From Welwitschia mirabilis (lineage: Eukaryota), in the NCBI GenBank assembly GCA_051453625.1, contig JBOZIK010000001.1:1307884-1371883 (forward strand): 64,000 nucleotides of DNA, in the 5' to 3' direction. A program made the position numbers and the translations under genes. How positions within the stretch are numbered: position 1 is the stretch's first letter; the number at the start of each line of letters is the position of its first letter. Under the pieces are notes generated by a model. It was not told the origin of the DNA, did not search any database, and worked only from the letters and a program-made list of their open reading frames with translations. This document shows positions 39,501 through 53,514 of this stretch, piece by piece.

Positions 39501-39720
39501 GTAAATGCTACTACTTATCTTTTTTTACATAATGCTTAATAACTTTAACATAATGTTAGTAAATGTTAGAGCTTTCTTAGTGTTTTTTAATCATCATTTA
39601 ATATTAGTTAATGCTCTAATATTATAAACTTTTCTTAGGTAAAACATTTTATTATTCTTCATGAGATAATATTAGGGATGAACATTATGGAAATAGTTAA
39701 CTACTTTGCCCTATTTTGTA
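33550..39720 (+). mobile_element. Possible very old copia relic hosting the 35100-39052 solo LTR
   Basis: Rejoined flanks read approximately K.RLK...KGLS...GI, reminiscent of copia RT KARLVAKGF.Q..GID. Otherwise too eroded to confirm. Confidence 0.3.
35100..39052 (-). mobile_element. Solo LTR (3953 bp, Tekay/Del-like)
   Basis: tgtaacgcc...ggtatagca with perfect TSD AAACC (35095-35099, 39053-39057). Minus-strand tataaatag near 37792-37800. Paralogous to 13182-23143. Confidence 0.85.
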
Positions 39721-39783
39721 ATCTAATACTTGTTTTATTTATCATGTAATAGATGATAGATTACCACCTATCTTTCTTGTTCA

Positions 39784-39785
<2 letters not shown>

Positions 39786-39844
<59 letters not shown>

Positions 39845-40327
39845 NNNNNNNNNNNNNNNNNNNNNNNNNNNNNNNNNNNNNNNNNNNNNNNNNNNNNNNN
39901 NNNNNNNNNNNNNNNNNNNNNNNNNNNNNNNNNNNNNNNNNNNNNNNNNNNNNNNNNNNNNNNNNNNNNNNNNNNNNNNNNNNNNNNNNNNNNNNNNNNN
40001 NNNNNNNNNNNNNNNNNNNNNNNNNNNNNNNNNNNNNNNNNNNNNNNNNNNNNNNNNNNNNNNNNNNNNNNNNNNNNNNNNNNNNNNNNNNNNNNNNNNN
40101 NNNNNNNNNNNNNNNNNNNNNNNNNNNNNNNNNNNNNNNNNNNNNNNNNNNNNNNNNNNNNNNNNNNNNNNNNNNNNNNNNNNNNNNNNNNNNNNNNNNN
40201 NNNNNNNNNNNNNNNNNNNNNNNNNNNNNNNNNNNNNNNNNNNNNNNNNNNNNNNNNNNNNNNNNNNNNNNNNNNNNNNNNNNNNNNNNNNNNNNNNNNN
40301 NNNNNNNNNNNNNNNNNNNNNNNNNNN

Positions 40328-40398
<71 letters not shown>
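39786..40398. repeat. (GT)n microsatellite spanning N gap 39845-40327
   Basis: Pure GT on both sides of the gap. Confidence 0.97.
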
Positions 40399-40399
<1 letters not shown>

Positions 40400-40699
40400 A
40401 TGCAGATATACATATGTATATGTATATATAAACTAAAAGTTAAAGACAAATCTGTTGAAAATAGGAGTGAACAAGTACTTTGATAACATCTTAGAAATAG
40501 AAGTGTGAAAACATTCTAATATCATGTTGGAAATAGAAGTACAAAAACACTCTGATGCTATGTTAGGATTTGGGTGGAGAAGCTTTTAATAGTATTCTTT
40601 TGACTTCAGGTAAAAATGCTCTGGATCTAAGTTTTATAACTAAATGTGAAAATTTTTAGGTTGTTTTATAAATAATAGAAATAAGAAGTAAATGATTCA

Positions 40700-43250
40700 A
40701 ACTTTATAATATTCCAAATGTTTAATATAATAATTGAAATAATTACTGATTAATAATAAGACATCATTACAAATAGTATTTCAGACATGTGGTTAAATAA
40801 CTGCTTCATGGATGAATCACCTACTTAAGTCTTAAACCTAAGCCTATGTAACTCAAGTGTTTTGTCACACTTCTTCTAAGTTCGGATATGTTTCTTCTTC
40901 TTGATGGATTAATTAATTATTTTTAGATTAATAATATTCATCTTTTTAGTGTTTTGCTAATAACAATGGTTGCATGTAATGTGATAATTATCTCTTTTTT
41001 AACATAAAATGAAACATTGTATTTCATATTTCATTATTAAGTTAACAATTATTTTAAGTTAATTATGCTAGATTACTAACTTATCTATTAATTTAACTTT
41101 GTTTCATACTTTTCATATTTGTACTTAGTTTTTTAATTTATTTCATATTCATCTTCCAAGTTCCTCATCTTTTTAAGTTTGTCTTTCTTCTTTTATTTTA
41201 TCATCTCTAAAACCAAATTTAGTTATTTCATCTTTAGTTTCACTCAGGAAATAATAGGATGATCACATTTAAAAAGTTTCATCATTTTGAGTTTTCAGAG
41301 TACCTTATCTCATCTTAAGGTAATATTTTAGTGGTTAACCATTTTGTTACTATATTACCTTTAATACTTTTACTTAAATTTGTTTTAGTTTAAACTTCTA
41401 AGTAATTTTTTAGAAATCACTATTATTTCTTTATTTAAAATATGGCTTTTCATTTAAGTATTTATTTTATTTTTTTGCTTTTTTCATCCGCAAATGAAGA
41501 TACAACATGAACACAAGTACTTTACATAACTTTCATTTTTAATTACTTAAAAAAATGGAATCTACAAGGTAGATCTTTAGGGGAAATTTGTATTACACTT
41601 AGTATAAAAAAATTTATATCTTAAATTTTAGTGCTTATTCCATTCTGGATTCTAGATATACTTTGGTATTAGATTCTTCAATGGCTAGTTTGGTAGTAAT
41701 AGCTGGTTTGATACTTCTTTAGCAGTTTCTATAGATTCCTCAATTTGATTTACTTCTTTTGGTACTTGGATCCGATAAATTTTCTGGAGCTGGACTTGAG
41801 TCTCCTAATTAGTGTTTCATGCTTTATTGAGTGCTTTTTCTTTTTCTTCCCTCTCTTAAAAGAACTAATCCTTTTCCCCTTCAAGCCAGATGACCTAGAA
41901 CTGTGTTTTACTAAAGTAACACGAAAGTGATTCATCAAGTTCTTTTGTTATTTCATTACAATTGATACCAAGATAAGTGATTTTCTTGTTCTTAATATTT
42001 TATTATATCAAAAAAAGAAATCAAGTGTGCCTATAATTTACATAAGACCCATTAGATGATTACTTATTATCCTTGTCACGTTAACATCTATGTGATACAT
42101 GATAGCTAACATGTTCAACACCTTTGATATCCAATGTTCATTTTTTATATGAAGTAAAAACCCTTAATTTTATTGAACTTATTTATCCTCACACTTTTGA
42201 TTAACACTTTACTAATATCTAGTATTTCTTTAAGCGATACTTTTTTAATCATGTTGATTTTGATTCATTCTAGGAATACATTGTTTTATATTTTAGTAGA
42301 CTTAAAATACTCCTACTTGTGATCTTCCAAAATACCACTATTAGAACTTCCTCTAATTTTAATACATAAATGTGTATCAAACAATAAGGAGCAAATAGAA
42401 AGAACATCAAATAGTGAAATGCCATTAGTAAAGGAAAGAGTCATAGAGAGTAATAATGAACTTAGTAGAAATAGTGTTGTTGAAACATAAGAATGCAAGA
42501 ACATGATGCTTCAGACTTGTTAAGCTTAGCTTTACAGTAGGAAAATGAAAGATAAAATGCATGTTGTCTTCAAACCTTTTATTAAGTTTGCTTGTGGAAT
42601 TTACCATGAGATTTCAAAACAATTTTAAGATTTCATTAATTTATGTTTACTCAATTTGACAAGCTTATTTTTGTGAAATCTTAATAAAGCGTGTGATATT
42701 GATTTTTAAAAAAATTTACATCTTAAACACATATCCATACTATTTATTAACGAAGAGGTACTTGGGATTACATGAAAACTATTTTATTTTAATAGTGTTT
42801 TGGTAAGTCAGAAGGAGAAAAGCAAGTTTTCATGTTTCATCATAGAGGAAAAAATGACTTCTTATTTCATTTTGTCTTTAAGACATGACACTTTATTGGT
42901 TGGAAAACTTTATCTTCATTAAACAAGAATAACATGGTATTAACTATGTTGTGAACTTCCTAGTTTTGTAACTTAATTAGGAGATGTTTTAGTAGATTTC
43001 TATAAAACATATCTAACATGTATGCTTTGTATATGCTATTAATGTTATTTTGAATGGTTCATCAGTTCATGATATAAGGTCACAATGCTTTAGATGTCAT
43101 ATGGAGTCATTTTTATTCTTTGATGCTTATTAGTATTTTGATATTCTTATTAATGGTATTTAGTTGTTTTATAGGTAGATATCTTCCTCTTAATCTTATT
43201 TATTTTAGTCTCAGTACTTCTAACTAGGATCTTTAATTTCATCAACTAGA
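40700..43250 (-). mobile_element. Possible degenerate MULE/FAR1-type transposase relic
   Basis: SWIM-like YLCSCC at about 41500-41522 and weak TD...H.C-like trace near 43000-43070. Very eroded. Confidence 0.3.
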
Positions 43251-44031
43251 ACTTCAATAAACTAATCTTCAATAAGATCATCTTTAATTTATAATAAAAC
43301 ATGATTTGTAAAACACTATAAGAATTGATCTCTCCTTAGTTTGGATACTTTGCATTCTATAACTATGATGTTTTAACACTAGATAAAAGATGTGCAAGGG
43401 CACTAATAAGTTGCACTGTGGTACTACACCTAAGGAAGAAAAAAACCCTTATGAAAACCTGGCCGAGTGTGCTTGCCTAGAAAAGCAAGCTCTGTTGTTT
43501 GAAAAAAAGGAAAAAAATAAAAGATCGTTTTCAAAGTCCCATGTTAAGTCCTTTTTTTTTTTGTTTCCTCTTTGGCTTACTCTTGTTTTATTTTTTTAGT
43601 TTTAACATTTGGTAATAGAGCCTTTTGTTAATCTTGCATATGAAGTCAGAGCATTTTTTACTTTTGCATGTGATATCAGAGTTGAGGCTAGGGTTCCTGA
43701 GACTTTTGAACCTTGCATGCTTCCTTGTATACCCTTTTAAGAGTTTTTGTTTTGGAAATGCAATATTTTTAAGTGTTTTGGTATAGGTCTTATTTTTATT
43801 ATTTTTATGTTGTTTTTGCAAGGCATTTATCTAGATCTAGATTTGCAGTTTTCTCAACTTTGTGTCTCTTAACTTATTTTTGAAGGTTGTCTTACTTGAT
43901 TTTTCTATCTTTTTGTTGTAGTACATTCCAAAAGGCTATTATATTTCCAAAGGTGATTTTTTAAGGTTGTTTTGCCCTATTTTCTACATTCAATTTTTTA
44001 TAGTTTCTATATAGGATTTGCAATTTATATC

Positions 44032-45585
44032 TATTTACAAGATTTTTTGGTTCATAAATAGTGGATTAATTCAAATGTTACTCGATGATAGATGATTTTA
44101 TTGATTTGCTGACGATTCAACTAACGTTAGACTAGATTTGACAGTTTAACTGAGTTTGACTGTAGTTCACTATTATTGACTAAATTTGACTAACTTTAAT
44201 TAAGTTTAACTATCCTTAACAGAATTTAATTAACTTGGTTTTTGACTGAATTTGACTATTTTTTTACTAAGCTTTGACAGTTTGACCAGGTTTGATTGTT
44301 TGACTAGACTTGATAACTTTTTTCTAAGTTTTTTATTGAGTCTTTGATAGTTTGATTGGTAGAAATAAAAATCAAAGATCACTATTTTTAATGAAATATA
44401 TGAACAAATTCTCTATTTTCATTTAAAAAGCTATTACAAAATCTTGATGTGTACATGGGAAAAAAAGGAACGTACAAGACTGTATGAAGGTAAAATTCAA
44501 TAAAGTAAAAGATAAGTGAATTTCACACAACATTCAAGTATGGATTTTTCTAATATGAAATCCAATCCCAATTCAACTATATTCTAATATGATCAAAAGA
44601 CAAATCATAAAGATGAGTAAATCTTAAGAAGGAATTAATAACTAATAACATGCATAAATAATTTTCTCCCTTTAATCCCTCCTCTTTTTTCTTTTTTTTT
44701 AAAACAAGAATTAAACTAACTGGCTTTTATCAAAATTAAATAATTAAAAGAATTTTTAAAGTTTTTTAAAAAGAACATTTTGGATTTTAATTAAATCAAA
44801 GTTAAAATTTTCAAAAATTCATAATAAATAATAATACATATATATATATCAACTTTTTGAAATGGGAAATGGGAAAAAAATTTAAAAGAGTTTAATAGGA
44901 ATAGTTGATTCAACTATTTCTAAGAAATGACTTCACCGAAGTACAAAACTATGCATTCCTTTACAGAGAAAAATGAAGGCCATTGGATTATTTTAGATAA
45001 TTAAAAATTTTGTTGCTAAGATAATTGGAATTAGAATTTTAGTAAGAATCATATTCTCTACTTTTTACATAGGAAAACAAAGAAAGAATTGTGGAAAAAC
45101 AAAGGAAAAAACAGGACAAGGAAGTAAACAGAGAAAGGATGAATGAGAGAAGAAAATTGACCTATAAATTTATCAATCTGCTATGCACTTTCGATGTCAG
45201 TCTTCTGCGATCTATTCCTCTAATCGTTGCTGGCTTGTGTCACTACTTCCCTTCTTTTCTAATGTTCTCCTTTCTCCTATTTCTTTCCACTACACTGGCA
45301 TTCTTTCTCTTTGCATTTTACCTGTGTTTTTACCTATCTCCATTGTGTTTTTATCTTATAGTATCTCTATGATTTGCTCTTCTTCGCAATCATTTTTTTT
45401 TGTTTTTGAATTCCTCCTATTCTTTCCTTCTGATTTGTCATTATTTTGATGCCATCTATTCTTAACCTTGCATCATTTTTTATTTTGATTGCCTTCATGG
45501 TTGTTGAGTTTTTGTGTTACTGCTTCTTTTCCCCACCTTTGTTGTCATCTTCCTCTACTGCCTTGAGGTAAGTTTCACTACTATA
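44032..45585 (-). repeat. 3' LTR of Ogre/Tat-like element
   Basis: Direct repeat of 51974-53514; contains ttgact-rich subrepeats at 44140-44350. Confidence 0.9.
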
Positions 45586-48122
45586 GTTGTCCCCTTTTTG
45601 ACATGAGGTGAAAGATGAGCCTCACATCAAAAATGATCATGCACTTCTTTTGTGGCTTTTGTTTGTTTTTCTTTCTTTTGTTTTTTGAATTTTTAGTTTT
45701 CTCTCTCTTCTTCTTCTTCTTTTTCTTCTTTTTTTTTCTTTTTTAAAGACAACATAAATGTAATGAATAAAACAGATGTCTAATTAATGGGTCAAAAAAT
45801 GACATGAGTGATGTAACATGGCAAGATGTGAGGAAAGAGCAATAGAGATAAATGTAGAAAATGGAAAATGGGAAGGAGAACTGAGATTTGATCATAATTA
45901 TCAAAATAGATAAGGTAGAAAAAATATGGAAGAGTGATAAAAAAAGCAAAGGGAATGAGAGATGAGAAAAAAGGAAAACATATGATCATGACATCACAAC
46001 ATGGTGAAGTGGGGTGGTGGTAGGGGTTGGATACCAAACGATAACAAGTTAACTAAGGATTGGGGTTAGTCTTGAGCAGGTAAGAGTAATTGCAATAATG
46101 ACATTAAGGTAATTAATAATAAATACTAAGAAAATACTATCTGAAAATCAATAAATAAGAGGCATAAAGAAGATTGATTTCTACACCTCTAAATACCAAC
46201 CTAGAAAAATCCATTGGTATGGATCATAACATTATTAGATGTCATTAATGTGTGGTTCAATACTAAATAACATAGAGTATCATGTGATAAGGATAATTAT
46301 TATAACAATTCCTATGGTTATTCTACAAAGTTAATATAATATCTAGACTATAACTCAATCCAATTGTCGGCTATGACAACAAGTGAAAACTTGCTAACTT
46401 ACTATCCAATAACTAATATGTTCTAAATGCTTACAAAGTCATAGCTTTGGTGTTATGGGAAAATCAAGCTAATGGGATGTTTAAAAAACACTGTCCATTA
46501 TAATGAGGGGAGTGCAACCACTACCAAAAGCATAAGAATCTGCAAGTTAAATCCAAATTGTGACCAACTAATATCCTAATGGAGTTCCTATAGCTATCAT
46601 ATTTTAGTGCTACATGATCCTCTCAGGAAAGTATGCCCCGATGTACTTGCAGTAGGACATCATGATGTTTTTTTTTAATTTTTTTCCTTTTTATTTTCTC
46701 TTTTTTACCTCTATTTTTTTGCTTTCTTTTTTTACTTTTTTGCGTATTGACCAATTGAGTTGGATTCTAGTTTTTTTTTTTTTTTTTTTTAACATTTATT
46801 TANNNNNNNNNNACATGATTGATGTTAATATAGAATAACTTAAAACATTTAAGGTCATAGATATGGAAATGTCTTAATATTGGGTGAAATCCAATCTTAT
46901 CACTGTAAATACTTGAAAGTAGAAAGCTAGTTTGACAAAAACTTAAATGCAATTTAACATAGAACCAAACAAATAGACGATCAAATAAAGAAATGATCTT
47001 AACTAAGAAATCATGCTAAGGAGCCATTTAGTTAAAGATAAAGGGAGGAGCATCTCTCAATTGAGATGATCTTCCTACTCAATTACTTCTATCATGCTGA
47101 GAGCATATTGATCATCATTGACATAGTCTTGAATATTGTCCATTGATCCTAATTTTTTCATAGCATCTAAATTAAAAACCTCAATGAAGTCATTCAAAAT
47201 GCACTTCTTTATAAAATAAAGATAGCCACTTAAAAGTTAACTTGTTATAAATATGTATCCAAAGGTTTTATAATAAAAGGAAGTGGATGAATTTAAGGTG
47301 ATGGTTAGCAGCAAAGTAAAACAATATTAGGCTATGAAGAGATGAAAAATGCAAATGAGTAATGAAAGCTAAATGATGAACATGATGAGCATATGACATG
47401 CTATGATTACTAAAGCATCTCAAACGTTGAAGAAGATGCAAGCATGCACCCTTTTGGATTTTCATATGTTTGTATTTTTTTTTGTTTTTTTAATTTTTGA
47501 TTTTGTTTAATTTGAATCTAAGTATTCATGAATGGGGTAATAGGTTGAGGTTTTTGTTTAGCCACCAGGACTTTCCTTGGCTGCATGAACCCATTTTACG
47601 TGAGGTACTTTAACCGTCAAGGATCTTGTCCTTACATTTTAACTAGATGAGTAAACTAGCATTTTTTTTGGTTTTTTTATTTTTTTAAATTTTTTTGGTT
47701 TTGTTTTTTTATTTTTTTTAGATATACATATGTACATATTTCTTTCATTTTTATGTTTTTATGTTTTTTATTTTTTTGTGTTTTTTTATTTTTATATTTT
47801 TTTTGAATTTTCTTTTTTTTTTTCGGGAGAATTTAAATCATGAGCTAGTTGAAAAGTCATCTGAAAAGAATGGAATCCATCCTGCATCTAAGATCTTAGT
47901 GTCAGAAATGGGTGAGACCTTCATCTTATAAGGGTCCGCTAGATCATGTTCAAACTGTGTAGTCATCTTCTGAGGTGTGGAAGGTGGCAGCAGAGAAAAT
48001 GATGTTGATAGGTCCTTAACTTTTGCCATAATGTGATTTCGTTCTAATGGAATTGAAATTTTAGACCTAGTGAATTTTAGCTTTTGATGAGGCAAAGATA
48101 TGACTGCCCTCATGTCCATTTT

Positions 48123-48371
48123 TCAAAGACACCCCAATAATAAATTAAATGCCACTGCATTGTCTATTACATGAAATTTATTGTTATTGACCTTCTGAAC
48201 TACTTCGATAGGTAAAGTGACTATTCCTCTTAATTTGTTCTTATAGTCATTAAATCCTCTAATTGTCACAGCTTTCTTCGTGTTTAAAAGATGACTCATT
48301 TTGAGCTTCTCGAGGCATGAAAAGCCTATCACATTTAATTCATCTCCATAATCTATGAAGGCTCTACTCAC
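48123..48371 (-). pseudogene. Retroviral-type aspartic protease remnant, copy A
   Basis: AFIDYGDELNVI...RGFND...GIVTLPIEV...FHVID...FNLLLG. Confidence 0.8.
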
Positions 48372-49469
48372 TTTTGTAGGCCCAGTATTTATAGATACAT
48401 AAGGTGGTTTATTATGATCATCTTCTTGGAAATCATAGAGATCTCATGTTATGAGAATTGGATTGCTTCTTTGTCTTCTTCACTTTTTTAAACATGTACC
48501 TACTTTGAGGTAGTTTCTTTCTTGGGTAGCTGACTATGATCAAGAGGTGATTTAAAGCTCAAATGCTTCTTACATATCCTTTCAAATGTGAGTCTATGAG
48601 TTTCAAAGCTCTAAATTAATAAGGTTGAATGATNNNNNNNNNNNNNNNNNNNNNNNNNNNNNNNNNNNNNNNNNNNNNNNNNNNNNNNNNNNNNNNNNNN
48701 NNNNNNNNNNNNNNNNNNNNNNNNNNNNNNNNNCAATTTCGGGTTTTTATATGTTAGTGAAAATTATTTTTTTGGATTTTTTTCTTTTTTTTTTTTTAAA
48801 TTTTAATTTTGATTGATTTTGATCTTTAGTATTTGTTAATGTTGTGATAGGCTAAGGTTTTTGCTCACCCTCTAAGACTTTGCTTAGCTATGTAACCTTA
48901 TTTTGTATGAGGTACTTTAACCATCAAGAACCTTATCCTTTGCATTTTAGCTAGATTAGTAAACTAGCATTTTTTCAAATCTTATTTTATCTTTTTTTTT
49001 GGGTTTATTTTTTATTTGGTCTTTTTTGTTTTGCATTTTTATATATACACATATGTACATTTTTTTAATTTTTTAATTTTTATGTTTTTTGTTGTGTTTT
49101 TAAATTTTAAATAAAGGTTTTTTTTTAATTTTTCTTTTTCTTCGTTGTTTTCTTTTTTTAAGGATTTTAGATCATGAGCTAATTGGAAAGTCATCTAGGT
49201 GGAATGGAATCCACCCCACGTTTAGGATCTAAGTGTCAGAAATGGGTGAGATCTTCATGTTATAAGGATCCACTCGATCATGTTTAAAGTGTAAGAAAGG
49301 GATAATCAGCTTTTTAGTTACAGGAGGTGGCAGTGGAGAAAATGATGTAGATGGAGTCTTCACATTTGCCATGGTGTGATTTTGTTCTAATGGCATTAAA
49401 ATTTTAAACCCAATAAATTTTAGCTTTTGATGGAGCAAAGATATGATTACCCTCATGTCCATTATCTAA

Positions 49470-49765
49470 GGACACCCGAATAGTAAATTAAATGTTGTTA
49501 TGTTACCTATTACATGGAATTCGGTGTTGTTAACCTTTTAAGCCACTTCAATAGGTAAAGTAATGATCCCTCTTGATTTGTCCTCATGGTCATTAAACCC
49601 TCTAATCATCATACCTTTCTTCACATTTAAGAGATGGCCCATTTTAAGCTTCTCGAGGCATGTTTGACCTATTACATTTAATTTGGCTCCACAATCTATG
49701 AAGGATCTACTCACTTTAATAGGCTCAATATTTATAGATACATAAGATGGTTCATTTATGATCAT
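49470..49765 (-). pseudogene. Retroviral-type aspartic protease remnant, copy B
   Basis: SFIDCGAKLNVI...RGFND...GIITLPIEV, continuing past a stop to FHVI..FNLLFGCP. Confidence 0.8.
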
Positions 49766-51973
49766 ATTCTTGGGGTTGTAGAGATCTCATGGTGTGAGAA
49801 CTAGATTGCTTCCTTGTCTTCTTTGCTCTTTTAAACATGCACCTACTTTGAGGTGGCTTCTTCCTTGGGTATTTGACTTTGATCAAGAGGTGATTTTAAG
49901 CTGAAAAATTCCTTGCATATCTTTTTCAATGTGAGTATATGGAACTTAAAGCTCTTAATTAATGATATTAAATAATCGTATGCCTCCTCTACTATAGAGG
50001 CAAGTGGTTGCTTTGGTGTATGTGATTGAGGAATAGGCTAAGTTCAAGAATATTCTGCTCATATCATCACTTTTAATTTTTCCTTTTTCTCTTAAATGAC
50101 TTGTTCTAGTGACTTGTCAGGTTAATCTTGGATTACTAGAATTGCAAAGGGATCATTATCATTTTGAAACTTTGCACTCTGTGGTGGTATGATGCAGAAG
50201 GTTGAGTAAGGAATGGGTTCTTGTAGATTTCAAGCTATTCGTTTACAACCACTAAGATCATGTCAAGCTTTATTTCTTTTTTATTTTCAATGATGTCTTG
50301 AATAATGTGCCTAAAGTTGAAATAGTTTTCAGTATGATGTCCTTGAAATTGGTAGTACTTATAGTACTTCAACTCATTATACCCTCTTGGTTTAGGTGCA
50401 TTTAGATCCCTTTTTTTAATTGGAGGTAATTGAATTACCCCTTCTTTTAGTAATGTCAAAAGGATTTATCTCATTGGGATATTTAGTTTTATAAATCTTC
50501 TTCTGGATTGAGAGATCACAGTTTGATTTTAAAGCCTATTTTAACCTTAGTTTTGAGGCATGTATGCCTGCTTTTGAGGTTGTAGTGGTAGTTGCACTTG
50601 TCGTGATGGAGAGTAGTATGGCTAATGATAAGCCAGTTAAGAAGTGAAAGCTTACAGAGTGAAAGAATCTTGAGGTGTCATTTGCACCATCATTGGGTTG
50701 CCCATTAGTTAGGATAGGTAAACTAGTTGAGTTGATTGATTGACGACAGTAACGTTCTTTAGGTTACTACTTCTAGTATTATTATTCTTTTTGGATAGTT
50801 TATTTTAGGAGGCATTGCCATATTTTATGGCTCCTTACTTTTCTTTTACAACTTTAATTATCTTCGCTAATGTAATAGCTTATTCAAAGGTTTTAAATGA
50901 TTGCATTCTATGATGTTTTAAAACATATGACGTGTATGATTTGGCAAAAAATACACCATGTTTGAGTCTACAATGGAAGTCTTCAACTATAGTGTGATGA
51001 CTCTCCATCAATGTGTGTATTCTTATGTAGTCTCATTGAACTATTGTCACATGATTATTATAGTGTCTAAAGCCATCCTCTTTGAAATGTTAATTGAATA
51101 CTATTGGACAAACATTTCAAGGAGTTGTTTCAAACTTGTAACGGAATGAGTAGGTATGCGATGATACCACTCAAGAGCTTATCTCTTTAGAAAGTGATAG
51201 AATAGATGACATGTCGTATTGCAGTCAACATTATACATATGTCACGCATGTTTGAAATTTCTAATGTGCTTGATAGGGCCTTCTATACTAGTGAACTTAT
51301 CAAAAATCTGACATTTCATTTGGTGTGAGGATTTTATGATGGATAGAGGGGTGTATCGAGGTGTAATCAAAAGTAAATCTAAATAGCTCTTCTTGTTTTG
51401 GAGACTTCATTTTAGGTCATTAATGGCTTCCTAAATAATGGTCAAATCAGGTTGATTAAAAGTTCTATTTTCATCTTATCTATTTATGAGTGGTTCTTCT
51501 TCATGTGTGAAGTACTCGGATAAGTTATTATCATTCACTTGTTTTTTTGGCCTTATATCTATGGTTCTGATGGGGATTTTGGATTTTCTTTATGAACCCA
51601 TTCATTAATAAATTCTTCATCATTACTCCTTTCACATAGGAGTTTATTCTAATAGGTCTAACTCATTTTTTTATTAGTTAACACTAATCTCTTGATGGCA
51701 TAACATGGATTCTCTCACTAGGGTGGATAAGGTATGGGTCTCAACATGTTCTGTAATCCATGATGATGTGAAGATCATGCAAGGTAAGCATAAAGGAGTC
51801 TTCTTAGATGAGGATTTTGTACATCTCCTTGGAAATACAGGTCTTTTTGCCTCTTGTTGACACTGGCATTATGGCTGTTCTAAGTTTACAGCAAGGTGAT
51901 AGGGAATGTCAATGCAAAGTTCTAATGAATAAGTAAAAGACCTATAAGAGGGATCCTTCCTCTAGCACCAAGC

Positions 51974-53514
51974 TATTTATAAGATTTTCTAGTTTTTAAA
52001 TGGTGGATTAATTTAAATGTCACTCGATGATAGGTTATTTTATTGGTTTGATAATGATTTAACTAAGTTTAGACTAAATTGACAATTTGATCAAGTTTGG
52101 CTGTGGTTGACTGAATTTGACTAACTTTAAGTAAGTTTGACTTCCCTTGACTGAATCTAACTAACTTGGTTTTTGACTAAATTTGACCTTTTTTTAATTA
52201 AGCTTTGACAGGTTGATTAGATTTAATTGTTAACTAAGTATGACTAGACTAAATAATTTTTGGCTGAGTTTTTTTACTAAGTTTTTAATAGTTTGACTAT
52301 TAGAAATAAAAATTAAAGATCACTATTTTTAATGGAATATACAAATATATTCTCTGTTTTCGTTTGGAAAGATATTGCAAAATCTTGATGTGTACATGGA
52401 AAAAAAAGTGATGTAAAAGACTATGTAAATGTAAAATTTAATAAAGTAAAAGATGAGTGAATTTTGCACAACACTCAAGTATTGATTTTTCTAATATGAA
52501 ATTCAATCCTAATTCAACTATATTCTAACATGATCAAGATTATAAATTACAAAGATGAATGAAGCTTAAGAAGGAATTAATAACTAATAATATGCATAAA
52601 GAATTTTCTCCCTTTAACCCCTCTCCTTTTATCTTTTTTAAAACAAAAATTAAACTAAATGATTTTTATTAGAATTAAACAATTAAAAGCATTTTTTAAG
52701 TTTTTAAAAGAAAATTTTGGATTTTAATTAAATGAAAATTAAAATTTTTAAAAATTCATAATAAATCAAAATATATATAACTTTTTTAAATGAAAATATG
52801 GGGTAAAAATTAAAAGATCCTAACAGAAACAGTTGATTCAACTATTTCTAAGGAATGATTTCATTGAAGGACAAAATTATGTGTCCCTTTATAGAGAAAA
52901 ATGAAGGCCCTTGGCCTGTTTGAGATAATTAAGAATCTTGTTGCTAAGATAATTAAAACTAGAATTTTAAAAAGAAGAATATCCTTTACTTTTTGCATAG
53001 GTAAACAAAGTAGTAATTATAGAAAAACAAGGAAAAATACCAAAAAAGAAAGCAAATAGAGAAAGAATAAATGAGAGAAGGAAACAGACCTGTAAATTTA
53101 TCAATTTACCATGTGCTCTCGATGTCGGTCTTCTACGATCTATTCCTCTCATCATTGCTAGCTCATGTCACTACTTCCCTCCTTTTTTAATGTGATCCGC
53201 TCTTCTGTTTCTCTCCACTATGCTAGCATTCTTTCTCTCTGTGTTTTGCTTGTGTTTTTTCCCATCTCTGCTATGTCTTTCTCTTGTAGTATCTGTTGTG
53301 ATTCACTTTGCTTCAAGATCATTTTTCTATGTTTGGATCCCCCCATTCTTCCTTTTTAATCTATAATTGTTTTGGTGCCTCCTCTTCTCTGCATTACATC
53401 ATTTTTTGTTCTGCTTATTGTCTTTGCTGTTATTGAGTTTTTTTTGTTACTGCTTCTTTTCGCTGCCTTCGCTGTCACCTCCTCTACTATCTTGGGGTTA
53501 GTTTTGCTACTACA
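51974..53514 (-). repeat. 5' LTR of Ogre/Tat-like element
   Basis: Direct repeat of 44032-45585, adjacent to PBS. Confidence 0.9.

Larger units (their letters stand above)
44032..53514 (-). mobile_element. Non-autonomous Ogre/Tat-like Ty3/gypsy element with two LTRs
   Basis: LTRs 44032-45585 and 51974-53514, flanks ATATC/ATGTC, PBS tggtgctagaggaagg (rc 51955-51970; resembles plant tRNA-Asn 3' end) and PPT aaaaaggggacaac (rc 45586-45599). Gag FDKFT....PIKH...LF...L...ALEWY (51090-51305), knuckle-like Y..YQ..GHHTEN (50235-50459), protease twice and integrase tail near 47150-47270. RT/RNase H not found. Confidence 0.9.

Noticed and set aside
39753..40483. Long ORFs of CVCV/THTH
   Set aside because: Translation of the GT microsatellite and N gap.
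43391..44031. Host LTR element around the Ogre/Tat-like insertion (continuing 53515-54294)
   Set aside because: Looks repeat-like, but no terminus pair or TSD can be established because of the downstream gap.
45091..46037. Hydrophobic membrane-like ORFs (also 52967-53359)
   Set aside because: Arise from T- or A-rich LTR and 3' UTR sequence; frames differ between the two LTR copies.
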